Of a stretch of DNA of 64,000 nt, positions 47,544 to 56,633 are shown piece by piece; position 1 is the stretch's first letter; each line of letters opens with the position of its first letter. Both the position numbers and the translations under genes were made by a program. This stretch comes from an archaeon (GTDB lineage Archaea; Nanobdellota; Nanobdellia; Pacearchaeales; GW2011-AR1). The notes under the pieces are model-generated. The model was not told where the DNA came from, ran no database searches, and saw only the letters and a program-made list of their open reading frames with translations. The DNA lies in assembly GCA_043797265.1 (NCBI GenBank), contig JAZDPV010000018.1, positions 11,268-75,267 on the forward strand, in the 5' to 3' direction.

Positions 47544-48247
47544 TCTCCGGTATATCCATCACCGAAGGGATAATTTTTTATTGAATATTCGTAGGCTTTT
47601 GGTGTGCCTGTGTCAAACCATGTAAAATTTTTTACTTTTAATCCTTTTTCGAGAAGTGGTTGCATACCATTTGAAATTTGAATTTCTCCGTCGATTATGC
47701 GATTATTTTTTTCTAAGGCGTCCCAAAATGGTTCATAGTCTTTGACGCCCAGTACTCCGATGTAAGCATATTTGTTGTCGGTTTTTATTTTATCGTCTAT
47801 TCTGATAACGGTATCTTCGTTTAGTTTGACGGAACAAAATCTTTCTGAGTCTTTTATTTGAGCTTTGGAAATGCCTAGCCAATTTGAATCTGGGCAAGTG
47901 ATGGTTTCTTTTACCAGGGTATCTCCTGCGATGTGTACAAATGGGCACATTAGATGATTTTTGCATGAGAGTAATGAGTATCCCGCCCCTGAGCCCTCTC
48001 CGACGTATGGGCTCACTTCAACGAATGTTAGTTTTCTGTTTGGATATGCGGTTTTTAGAAATGTGATTAGGGATTCTTTTTTGTGGCCCACTGCTATTAC
48101 AATTTCTATATTTTCGGGGAATTTTTCTATTATATGGCAGATGGTTGGCTTTCCTCTTACTGGGAGTAAAACTTTGTTGAGATGCTGGCTAAAATGTTGC
48201 ATTCGACTACCGACGCCTGCTGCCAAAATGCATACTTTGTAATCCAT
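47540..48247 (-). CDS. Sugar-phosphate nucleotidyltransferase (NTP_transferase / LicC-like), standalone paralog
   Basis: MDYKVCILAAGVGSRM (G-rich NTP loop) and CKNHLMCPF, shared with the fused paralog at 49808. The upstream in-frame ORF extension to 48463 is low-complexity and unlikely to be coding. Confidence 0.75.
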   Translation of the reverse strand: MDYKVCILAAGVGSRMQHFSQHLNKVLLPVRGKPTICHIIEKFPENIEIVIAVGHKKESLITFLKTAYPNRKLTFVEVSPYVGEGSGAGYSLLSCKNHLMCPFVHIAGDTLVKETITCPDSNWLGISKAQIKDSERFCSVKLNEDTVIRIDDKIKTDNKYAYIGVLGVKDYEPFWDALEKNNRIIDGEIQISNGMQPLLEKGLKVKNFTWFDTGTPKAYEYSIKNYPFGDGYTGD

Positions 48248-48340
48248 TTTTATATTTGATTTATTTGATTTATAAATTTTTGTGGTAAACCAAATGATAT
48301 AAATGATTTTAAAGGGTAGATATTTGGTGGATAATATAAA

Positions 48341-49078
48341 ATGGGAAAAAATAAATATTTGTCCTTGGGGGGTAAAGCTATTTTGATAACTGGTTCTTCT
48401 CGTGGGATTGGGGCAGCGACAGCAAGATTGGCGAAAGAGTATGGGGCCAATGTGATTTTGCATGGGAGGACTGATTCTGAATATTTAAGGGAATTATCAA
48501 ATGAGCTTGATTCTAACTATATTTTTTGTGATGTTGGCGATGAAGATGAGGTGAGAAAAAAAGCTAGGGGTTTGGAGGTAGATGTTTTGGTAAATAATGC
48601 GGGGATTAATCCGTCGAAGACCTTTATGGAATTAACAAATAGCAACTGGAGAGATATTTTTGAAACAAATGTTTTTGGAACTGTTAATTTTTCAAAAGCG
48701 GTTATCCCTGGGATGATGGATAGGGGGCATGGAAAAATAATTAATATAGCTTCTGCTAAGGGTTATTTACATGTTCGTGGAAAACCAGCTTATGCTGCTT
48801 CAAAGGCGGCGATTATGAGATTGACTTCTAGTATGGCTGAAGAATTTGCACCCTATATTTTAGTTAATGCTGTTGCACCAGGTTTTACTGAAACGAAAAT
48901 GACTAAGAATACTATGTCCTCTAAAATTCAGGAACAGATAAATAAAATACCTCTTAGGAGAATAGCCAATCCAAAAGAAATAGCGGAAGTCATTTTGTTT
49001 TTAGCAAGTGATAAATCGAGTTATATTACGGGGCAAACTATCGTTGTTGATGGGGGGTTTAGTATTGCAAGTGGCTAA
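48341..49078 (+). CDS. SDR family NAD(P)-dependent oxidoreductase
   Basis: ITGSSRGIGAA (TGxxxGxG), NNAGI, and YAASKAA (the YxxxK catalytic motif). Confidence 0.85.
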   Translation: MGKNKYLSLGGKAILITGSSRGIGAATARLAKEYGANVILHGRTDSEYLRELSNELDSNYIFCDVGDEDEVRKKARGLEVDVLVNNAGINPSKTFMELTNSNWRDIFETNVFGTVNFSKAVIPGMMDRGHGKIINIASAKGYLHVRGKPAYAASKAAIMRLTSSMAEEFAPYILVNAVAPGFTETKMTKNTMSSKIQEQINKIPLRRIANPKEIAEVILFLASDKSSYITGQTIVVDGGFSIASG

Positions 49079-49092
49079 AACGGAAAAAATTT

Positions 49093-49374
49093 TTATTTTC
49101 CGCAATAGCTTTCTCCATAAGGATAGTTTTTCTTTGCGTGTTCATATGAATTTGGAGTTCCATTGTTGTACCATGTAAAGATTTTTGCCTTGAGCTCGAT
49201 TTCTTTTAATTTTTGAAGTCCATTTGAAACTTGAATTTCTCCGGTAATAATTTCTTTATTTTCTTTAAAGGCATCCCAAAAACTTTTATAATCATAAATT
49301 CCTAAAGGACCAATATGTGCGTGTTTATTGTTTGTTTGAATTTTTTGTGATTTATTTCCATAATTAATTAGCAT
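49093..49374 (-). pseudogene. Truncated C-terminal fragment of a third nucleotidyltransferase paralog
   Basis: The 93 aa product aligns to residues ~150-236 of the 47540 gene (KHAHIGPLGIYDYKSFWDAF...GEIQVSNGLQ...TWYNNGTPNSYEHAKKNYPYG against KYAYIGVLGVKDYEPFWDAL...GEIQISNGMQ...TWFDTGTPKAYEYSIKNYPFG). The N-terminal half of the gene is missing. Confidence 0.55.
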
Positions 49375-49418
49375 GAAGGGGATTTTTAAACACTTGTATG
49401 TTTGGTTGTTTGGTTATT

Positions 49419-49724
49419 TTAAATGAATTTTCTTTTCCAATCAAGTATGGTTTTTCGTGTAATTCTTACTCTAAAAGTTTTGTTTAGATAATAAACTGTT
49501 TGTCCTAAGCTTGAACCTTCTTCTAATATTTTTATAGCACTTTTTATAATAATAGGGGAATATCTGAATTTTTTAAAACTATTGTCTATTGTAAAACGTT
49601 TCCGACAATTTTTACATCGATAAATTTTTTTTTCTATAGAAATATTTTTTCTTATTTGAGCAAAGCGTATATTCTTAGAATTGCAATGAGGGCATTTTTT
49701 TAGATTTTTATTCAAATCAAACAT
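49419..49724 (-). mobile_element. IS-like OrfA fragment: zinc-ribbon (CPHC...CKNC) + HTH transposase N-terminal domain (IS1/IS1595-like), no DDE domain
   Basis: 101 aa: CPHCNSKNIRF...YRCKNCRKRFT followed by a helix-turn-helix-like TILDWKRKF. It sits immediately beside the truncated gene, in an AT-rich segment. Confidence 0.45.
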
Positions 49725-49807
49725 TTTTTATTAAATTTTATTCGAATATATAAATTTATCGATAACTAAACAAATATTTATATATTAAAACATTTTGTTG
49801 TGTAGAG

Positions 49808-51436
49808 ATGAAATATAAGGTTTGTATTCTTGCTGCTGGAGAAAACAAACATGTTAGTTATGCTGAAAATTTTCATGTTGCGCTTCTTCCTATTGGGACA
49901 AAGGCGGCCATTAGCAAGATAATTGATAAATTTCCGGAAGATATTGAGATTATTATTGCTGTGGGGTATAATAGTGATTTGATTAAAAATTTTATAAATA
50001 TGGTTTACCCGAGAAAAAATATAACTTTTGTTGATATTGCGAATTATTCTGAGCCGGGTTCTGGGCCGGGACGGTCTTTGTTGATGTGTAAGAATCATTT
50101 AATGTGTCCATTTATTTTTACTTCTGCAGATACTATAGTTTCTGAAGAAATCCCGGAGCCGACCAAAAATTGGATTGGGGTTTCTCGGATTTCTGATTCC
50201 GCAGAGTATTGTATGGCTGAAGTTGAAAATAATGTTGTGACAAAATTTTATGTTAAGATTCCTACCCCGATGCTTTTGAAGATATCTAAAAATTATAAAA
50301 CAATTTTGAATAATGCATTTATTGGCATGGCGGGGGTACATGATTATGATGTTTTTTGGGATGGGCTTGAGAGAAATCAAGAATTGGTTGCGAAAAAATT
50401 GCAGGTTTCAAATGGTCTTTCTGAATTAATTTCTCATTGTATAGAAGCCATTCCTTTTTTTAACTGGTTTTATGTTGGAAATGAAGCGGGATATAATTTT
50501 GCTAATAGATTTTTTGAGAAGAATCCCGTTATTATTAAGCCGGATGAGTTTATTTATTTTGAAAACGGGAAGGTAATAAAATATTTTAAAGATAAAGAAA
50601 TTGTTAAGCAAAGAATTGAAAGGGCATTTAGGCTTCGTGGAATTGTTCCTGAGATAGTTGATAAATCAGATAATTTTTATTCCTATGATTTTATTGAAGG
50701 ACAAACCCTCTCAAAAATTAATGATGTCAAGGTGTTTCGAGAATTATTGGGATTTTGTGAAGATACTATTTGGCAAAAGAAAGAACTGAATGATGCTGAT
50801 ATGAGGAAGTTTTTTCAAGGTTGTAAAAAATTTTACTATGATAAAACGATGGATCGGATTGATAAGTTTTATCGGGAAAATAAAATCGAAGATAGGGAAG
50901 AAATAATTAATGGCGAAAGAGTTCCTCGCCTAAGAGAATTACTTAAGCAACTTGATTGGGAGAAAATTTCCCAGGGGGTTCCAACGATTTTTCATGGAGA
51001 TATTCAGCCAGAAAATATTTTAATTTGTAAGAAGGGATTTCGGTTAATTGATTGGAGACATAATTTTGCTGGTAACATAGAATATGGAGATATTTATTAT
51101 GATTTTGCCAAGTTGCATCATGCGCTTGTTGTAACTCATGATGTAATAAGGAAAAATCAGTTTGATATTCAGAGTAATAAAGATATTATTGGTTATGATT
51201 TTTTTATGAAAAGTAATTTAATGGAATATAAGGATATTTTCGAAAAGTTTGTTGCTGATAAAGGTTATGATTTGGATAAATTGAAGATACTCAGCGCTTT
51301 GACTTTTTTAAATATTGCACCATTACATCATTTGCCTTATAATAAGTTTCTTTATTATCTTGGGAAATATAGTTTATTTAAGGAAATCGGTCACAATAAT
51401 TCTTATAAACTAAAAAATATGGCGGGTAGTGTTTAA
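49808..51436 (+). CDS. Bifunctional sugar-phosphate nucleotidyltransferase / APH-ChoK-type kinase
   Basis: The N-terminal ~240 aa are an NTP_transferase (MKYKVCILAAG, CKNHLMCPF). The C-terminal ~300 aa carry HGDIQPENILI and IDWRH (the aminoglycoside/choline kinase catalytic loop and DxxH-like motif). Confidence 0.75.
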   Translation: MKYKVCILAAGENKHVSYAENFHVALLPIGTKAAISKIIDKFPEDIEIIIAVGYNSDLIKNFINMVYPRKNITFVDIANYSEPGSGPGRSLLMCKNHLMCPFIFTSADTIVSEEIPEPTKNWIGVSRISDSAEYCMAEVENNVVTKFYVKIPTPMLLKISKNYKTILNNAFIGMAGVHDYDVFWDGLERNQELVAKKLQVSNGLSELISHCIEAIPFFNWFYVGNEAGYNFANRFFEKNPVIIKPDEFIYFENGKVIKYFKDKEIVKQRIERAFRLRGIVPEIVDKSDNFYSYDFIEGQTLSKINDVKVFRELLGFCEDTIWQKKELNDADMRKFFQGCKKFYYDKTMDRIDKFYRENKIEDREEIINGERVPRLRELLKQLDWEKISQGVPTIFHGDIQPENILICKKGFRLIDWRHNFAGNIEYGDIYYDFAKLHHALVVTHDVIRKNQFDIQSNKDIIGYDFFMKSNLMEYKDIFEKFVADKGYDLDKLKILSALTFLNIAPLHHLPYNKFLYYLGKYSLFKEIGHNNSYKLKNMAGSV

Positions 51437-52259
51437 AATGGTAAAAAAATTAATTGATGAAACTTCGCGTTATCGTTTTGAAAGGATTTACGAAGGAGGG
51501 AGTAATATGTGTGAGTTAGGATCTACTGATAAATTATCAACTACATTTATTCATCATGGGAGCGTTGCGTTGCGTTTCCCATCGCAAAAGAATCGCGGAG
51601 AAGTATTTAAACTTTCTCAAGGGCAGGGATTTATTCTTGCGCCAGGAATTTCATGCAGCCTCTATAATTCTGGAAGACTTGTTGCATATACTGTTTCTTC
51701 AAAAATTGATCGAGAAAGTCCAATAGTTGAAATTATAGAATTTGAAAGCGATAGGAAAGAGGTTGTTTTGGGGGATTTTAGGATTATTAGAGATCCGAAG
51801 AGGGTAGAAAAACCGTGGGGACATGAGTTGTGGGTAAGTTGGTTTATGAATCATCATGTATTGAAACAAATTGGGATGAGTAAAGGTATGCAATCAAGTT
51901 TGCAATTCCATCGAGAAAAACTTGAGACAAATTACCTCGAAAGTGGACGCGCTGACGTGATCGAAGGATATAAATTAAATCCCTTAACTCCCGAGGAAGA
52001 GGTGCTAAAATCTTTAGATGGGATTAATTTTGATGAATATAAAAAAAGAATGTCTCCTGGGGATCATTGGACCTCCCAGGCAGGAACGGCGCATCGAGTA
52101 ATGGCGGTTACGGATTATTTGGCGTATGAAGTTTCAACGCCAGAGTTGGATGATGTTATTAGATTACAGGATGATTCGTGTAGAAATTCTGGGAGGATTG
52201 ATTCTGAACATATGGTAGCTGGAGGTAAAAAATGGGAAAAGACAGAAGGGGGAAGCTGA
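51429..52259 (+). CDS. Cupin-domain protein, mannose-6-phosphate isomerase type II C-terminal-like
   Basis: KPWGHELWV...GMSKGMQSSLQFHREKLETNYLESGRADV matches the PMI-type cupin pattern. Confidence 0.6.
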   Translation: MFKMVKKLIDETSRYRFERIYEGGSNMCELGSTDKLSTTFIHHGSVALRFPSQKNRGEVFKLSQGQGFILAPGISCSLYNSGRLVAYTVSSKIDRESPIVEIIEFESDRKEVVLGDFRIIRDPKRVEKPWGHELWVSWFMNHHVLKQIGMSKGMQSSLQFHREKLETNYLESGRADVIEGYKLNPLTPEEEVLKSLDGINFDEYKKRMSPGDHWTSQAGTAHRVMAVTDYLAYEVSTPELDDVIRLQDDSCRNSGRIDSEHMVAGGKKWEKTEGGS

Positions 52260-53554
52260 TTCAACTTTATATTAATGAAAAGAGAAAAATTTTAGATACT
52301 TTTCCGGTGAAAAATGTGGTTGATGCTGCTAATTTAGTAGTGAGTACTTATCTTAATGATGGCACTGTTTTTTCTTGTGGGAATGGAGGAAGTGTCTCTT
52401 ATGCTGAATGTTTGGATCTTTATTTATCGAATCATCCGTTCGTAAGAAATGATAAGGGCCGCCCTCTTTCAGAGGATGTTAAAAGATTAAGAACTTATAA
52501 TTTAACTTCTTCAAGTGGGGATTTAACGGGAATAGCTAATGATTTTGGGTTTGGGTTTGTGTTTGGGAACCAATTAGAGGCTCAAAGAATAAAGGAAGGT
52601 GATTTAGTAGTGGGTTTTACTAGTAGTGGAAATACGAAGAATGTTTTATATGCTTTTGAGATAGCGAAGAAACATAATGCAAAGACTTTCGTTATAACAA
52701 AAGGCAGTGGGGGAAGCGCAAAAGATTTGGCTGATTTGTGTATTGCAATTCCTGGCGATTCTAATTTCCCAGGACAAATAGGTAAGAATAATAATTGTTT
52801 CCACTATGAAGATTCAATAATGTCTATTATCCATATGATTACTGGTCTTCTTAAGAAAAGAATCCAGCAAATTTATGGACATAAAGAAGATTCGGGGAAA
52901 GCCTACTTATTTGATTGCGAATTGGTTCGTCTTTATTTAAAGGAGGCGAAAGAGTGTTTGGATAATTTCCCAGTGAGTGATGTTTCTAATATGGCAAAAA
53001 TGATAGAAGAAGCTTATTTCAATGGGGGTTCTTTGTATTTGTGTGGAAATGGTTCTAATGCAACTTTGTTGGGGAATTTAAGTTGCGACCTTGGAATACA
53101 TCCCTTTGTTGGGGAAGATAAATCTAAATCTAAGTTTGATGATGTAAAAAGATTTAGAGTAGTAAATCTTGCCGATTCGGGTTCAAGAATTTCGGGTTAT
53201 GCGAATGATTATGGTATTAGAGAAATATTTAGCCAACAACTAAGAAATCTTAGAATCGGAAGGGATGATTTAGTAATTGGATTTACTGGAAGTGGAAATT
53301 CTTCTAATATTCTTGAGGCATTTAGAGTAGCAAAAAAACATCAATCAAAAACTGTGGGGATCATGAGAAGGGAGAGCGGTTGTGTAGAAGAATTGAGTGA
53401 CTTATGTATTAAAGTTTCTACTGACTCAGAATTCCCAGGACAAATGGGAAAAAATCAAGGCAATTTTCATTATGAAGATTCTCTTTTGAGTATTAGCCAT
53501 ATTGTTACGGGGATATTATTATCTAGAATTGAGGAGATTAATTCAAAAGATTAA
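52232..53554 (+). CDS. Tandem double SIS-domain isomerase (GmhA/phosphoheptose isomerase-like x2)
   Basis: Two internal repeats, each with CGNGGS/CGNGSN, a GFT(S/G)SGN(T/S) loop and a downstream FPGQ(I/M)GKN..(C/N)FHYEDS tract. Confidence 0.8.
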   Translation: MGKDRRGKLIQLYINEKRKILDTFPVKNVVDAANLVVSTYLNDGTVFSCGNGGSVSYAECLDLYLSNHPFVRNDKGRPLSEDVKRLRTYNLTSSSGDLTGIANDFGFGFVFGNQLEAQRIKEGDLVVGFTSSGNTKNVLYAFEIAKKHNAKTFVITKGSGGSAKDLADLCIAIPGDSNFPGQIGKNNNCFHYEDSIMSIIHMITGLLKKRIQQIYGHKEDSGKAYLFDCELVRLYLKEAKECLDNFPVSDVSNMAKMIEEAYFNGGSLYLCGNGSNATLLGNLSCDLGIHPFVGEDKSKSKFDDVKRFRVVNLADSGSRISGYANDYGIREIFSQQLRNLRIGRDDLVIGFTGSGNSSNILEAFRVAKKHQSKTVGIMRRESGCVEELSDLCIKVSTDSEFPGQMGKNQGNFHYEDSLLSISHIVTGILLSRIEEINSKD

Positions 53555-54436
53555 ATGGGAAACATAGATAAAAACACAATTGATTTATTGAAAGAGATTG
53601 CAAAAGATATTAGAAGAAGAACTTTAACTTCAATTTATACGGCAGGATCTGGTCATTATGGGTCTTCTTTGTCTTGGTCGGAGATAGCTTCAACTCTTTT
53701 TTTCCATGAGATGAAACTTAACGCGAAAAGTTCACGAGCAAGATTTGCGTGCCCCCCCGTTGAGATTTCTAATTCTTTAGAAAGAGATGTTTTTATTTTA
53801 TCTAAAGGCCATGGGGTTCCGACATTGTATTCTGTAATTTCTATTTTGAATCCTAAATATATCTCTCGGGAAAATATTTTAACCCTGAGAAAAATGGGTA
53901 GTCCTCTTCAAGGCCATCCCGTTAGGAATCTTTTGCCTTTAATTGATGCTAGCACTGGGTCTTTAGGTCAGGGATTATCCATAGGTGCGGGAATTGCATA
54001 TGCTATTAAACAAAAAGGGGAAGACAGAAGGGTGTATGTTTTGCTTGGAGATGGAGAAATTCAAGAAGGGCAAAATTGGGAAGCATTTATGTCTTCTGCA
54101 AATTTGAGATTGGAAAATTTGACGATAATTGTTGATAAAAATAACTGCCAATTAGAAGGCCCTATTGGGGGAAAAATGCCGTTGGAAAATTTGCCAAATA
54201 TCTTAGATTGTTTTGGTTTTTATGTTCAGTGTGTTGATGGTCATAATGTTCCACAAATATTAGATTCTTATGAAAATGCCAGACAAACATCTCTAAGAAC
54301 TGGGAGGCCATCATTCATAATTGCTAATACCGTAAAGGGGAAGGGGGTTTCGTTGATGGAAAGGGAACCTTGGAAGTGGCATAGTAAATTAATGGATGTC
54401 GATGATTATCTTGTTGCAATGAGGGAGTTAGAATGA
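53555..54436 (+). CDS. Transketolase, N-terminal (TPP-binding) subunit
   Basis: AGSGHYGSSLS, SKGHGVPTLY, and a GDGEIQEG TPP motif. Confidence 0.9.
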   Translation: MGNIDKNTIDLLKEIAKDIRRRTLTSIYTAGSGHYGSSLSWSEIASTLFFHEMKLNAKSSRARFACPPVEISNSLERDVFILSKGHGVPTLYSVISILNPKYISRENILTLRKMGSPLQGHPVRNLLPLIDASTGSLGQGLSIGAGIAYAIKQKGEDRRVYVLLGDGEIQEGQNWEAFMSSANLRLENLTIIVDKNNCQLEGPIGGKMPLENLPNILDCFGFYVQCVDGHNVPQILDSYENARQTSLRTGRPSFIIANTVKGKGVSLMEREPWKWHSKLMDVDDYLVAMRELE

Positions 54437-55380
54437 CCGTATTAGAAAGAATTGCTACCAGAGATGGCTTTGGAAAGTCTTTGTTAGAAAATGGCGGTGA
54501 TTTGAAAATCATTGTTTTTGGCTGTGATTTAACTGTGGCAACAAATACTAATGGTTTTGCAAAAAAATTCCCTAAGAGATTTTGTGAAGTTGGGATTCAA
54601 GAACAAAATGCTATTGGAATGGCTGCGGGTTTAGCGATTGAAGGTTTTAGGCCCGTTGTTCCAAGTTTTGGATCTTTTATTACAGGAAGAGCTTATGAGC
54701 AAATAATGATATCTTTGGGATATAATGATGTGGGTGCTTTAATTGTGGGAACTCATTCTGGATTGGCGATAGGAAAAGATGGTCAGACGCAGATGGGAAT
54801 TACTGATATTAATGTAATGAGGGGGATTCCTAGAATGGAAATTTTTCAGCCAGCAGATGCCATAGAAGCACGCCAAATAACTGATTATTTGCTTAGGGCT
54901 TCTAATTTAGCTTATTTGAGATTGTCAAGGACCCCCTCTCCTTTTGTTTTGCCCGAAGATTATAAATTTGAATTTAATAAGGCGAAGATACTTAGGGGCG
55001 GGAAAAATTTAATCTTTATAGCAAGTGGTGATACTGTATACAATTGTTTGGAGGCCTCAAAGGAACTGTATAATCGCGGAGATATTGATTCGTCAGTAAT
55101 CAATGTTTCTACCTTAAAACCAATTGATGAAGAAACGATTCTTGATTGTGCTAGAAAAGTCAAGGGCATTGTTATAGTAGAGGATCATTCTACGATAGGG
55201 GGATTGGCTACAATTGTTTCTGAAGTAATTACTAAATATGGCGTAGGAACTCGGGTAAAAAGTATAGGCATTGAAGGATTTGGGGAAAGTGGTGACCCAA
55301 AAGATTTATATGAAAAACACGGGATGAATGTTGGAGGGATAATAAAAACTGCTTTAAATTTTTATGAAAATTTAGATTAG
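54433..55380 (+). CDS. Transketolase, C-terminal (pyrimidine-binding) subunit
   Basis: FCEVGIQEQNAIGMAAGLA...SFGSFI...GTHSGLAIGKDGQTQMG. The start overlaps the stop of the N-terminal subunit gene. Confidence 0.9.
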   Translation: MTVLERIATRDGFGKSLLENGGDLKIIVFGCDLTVATNTNGFAKKFPKRFCEVGIQEQNAIGMAAGLAIEGFRPVVPSFGSFITGRAYEQIMISLGYNDVGALIVGTHSGLAIGKDGQTQMGITDINVMRGIPRMEIFQPADAIEARQITDYLLRASNLAYLRLSRTPSPFVLPEDYKFEFNKAKILRGGKNLIFIASGDTVYNCLEASKELYNRGDIDSSVINVSTLKPIDEETILDCARKVKGIVIVEDHSTIGGLATIVSEVITKYGVGTRVKSIGIEGFGESGDPKDLYEKHGMNVGGIIKTALNFYENLD

Positions 55381-55430
55381 ATTCTGAAAGTGTAGTTAAT
55401 AGAATAAAGAATCCCCCCTTGATGGAGTTT

Positions 55431-55898
55431 TTATGAGTTGGGGTTTTTGAAGAAAAATTTATTAATTCTTATACATGCGTCACAAACCGCACCTTCTCCT
55501 GATTTTGGAACGGTTACAAAATCTGCGGCCCTTTTTGCTTCAATTCTTGCGTTTGCGGGAGCAATGCCGATTTTACAGGCCTTGATTATTGGCGCATCAA
55601 ATATTCCATCTCCCATAAAAATGGTATTTTCGAATCCAAATTTTTCTTTTATATAAGAATACCTCTCTTGTTCGGCTACGAGTTCTATCGGGTACCCCAT
55701 ATCATCAATTCTTTTTTTTGAGATTGGGAATCCCGTTTTATCGGCTGTTATAAAAAATATATTAACCTTGTCTTTGATTAGTTTTAACCCATCGGCATCG
55801 TGAGCCCCAAAAATTTTATATTCTTTTCCATCTTTGGAATATAAAAATTGTCCTGTGGTCATAACGCCATCTATATCCAATACAAAATTCATTTTCAT
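55431..55898 (-). CDS. HAD-superfamily KdsC/GmhB-like sugar-phosphate phosphatase
   Basis: The N-terminal DIDGVMTTG (DxDGV HAD motif I) and the overall 155 aa size/pattern match the KdsC family. Confidence 0.7.
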   Translation of the reverse strand: MKMNFVLDIDGVMTTGQFLYSKDGKEYKIFGAHDADGLKLIKDKVNIFFITADKTGFPISKKRIDDMGYPIELVAEQERYSYIKEKFGFENTIFMGDGIFDAPIIKACKIGIAPANARIEAKRAADFVTVPKSGEGAVCDACIRINKFFFKNPNS

Positions 55899-55949
55899 GA
55901 ATTTTTTTATTAAATTTGTTTTATTAAAATATATGTGTTAAAATATATA

Positions 55950-56633
55950 TTATATTTTTTTGATTTGTTTTAAATACTTTAATGCAACAAAACTTTTCCA
56001 GACTTTTTTCCAAGAATATTTGAAATCAGTGATTAATCTATATGCCCATTCTACTCCCAATCTTCTAAATATTGTTGGAGATTCTTTCTTCTTTTCTAGC
56101 AAGAAATCCATTGCTGCGCCCACGGTGAAATAGAATGTTGGGTATTTTTTATACAATTGATTTGCCAAAATCTCTTGTTTTGGATTTCCAATGCATATCC
56201 AAATATATTTTGGTTTTATTTTTTTTAATTTGTTTAGGATTGTTTTTTCTTCTTTTTTTGGAAAAATTATTTCTTTTATATATGGCGGATTGTGTGTTTG
56301 AGAATTTTTTAGTTTTGGGAATTTTTTTATTAATATTTTTAGGTCTCTTTCTGATGGTCCAATGAAGAAATGTTTTTGATTATTACTCAACTTCTTTTCA
56401 AAGAAATTTTTTGTGAAGGATGGTCCCCTGATTTGTTTTATCCGTAAAAATAAACTTATCGTTTTCCCGTCTGGAAAGATGAAATTATTTGGGGAGGTTA
56501 TCGCTTTTTGAAAAATTGGTTCATGATTGAATAGGTATATGGAATATAGATTTTGGAAATTTAAGATTCCATTTTTATTAGATCTCATAATTTCTTCTGG
56601 TGTTTTTTTTGTAAAAACTATTTGTTTTTTCAT
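55950..56633 (-). CDS. WecB/TagA/CpsF-family glycosyltransferase (GT26)
   Basis: FPDGK, HFFIGPSE, IGNPKQE, VGAAMDF and GVEWAYRL fit the GT26 pattern. Confidence 0.7.
   Translation of the reverse strand: MKKQIVFTKKTPEEIMRSNKNGILNFQNLYSIYLFNHEPIFQKAITSPNNFIFPDGKTISLFLRIKQIRGPSFTKNFFEKKLSNNQKHFFIGPSERDLKILIKKFPKLKNSQTHNPPYIKEIIFPKKEEKTILNKLKKIKPKYIWICIGNPKQEILANQLYKKYPTFYFTVGAAMDFLLEKKKESPTIFRRLGVEWAYRLITDFKYSWKKVWKSFVALKYLKQIKKI

Noticed and set aside
48250-48463. Upstream extension of the nucleotidyltransferase ORF to 48463 and the small ORF 48250-48450
   Set aside because: The extension translates to Cys/Arg-rich junk (MQNHIGPILFRQSCCRC...). The conserved family N-terminus MDYKVCILAAG begins at 48247. 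The region is most likely the divergent promoter shared with the SDR gene.
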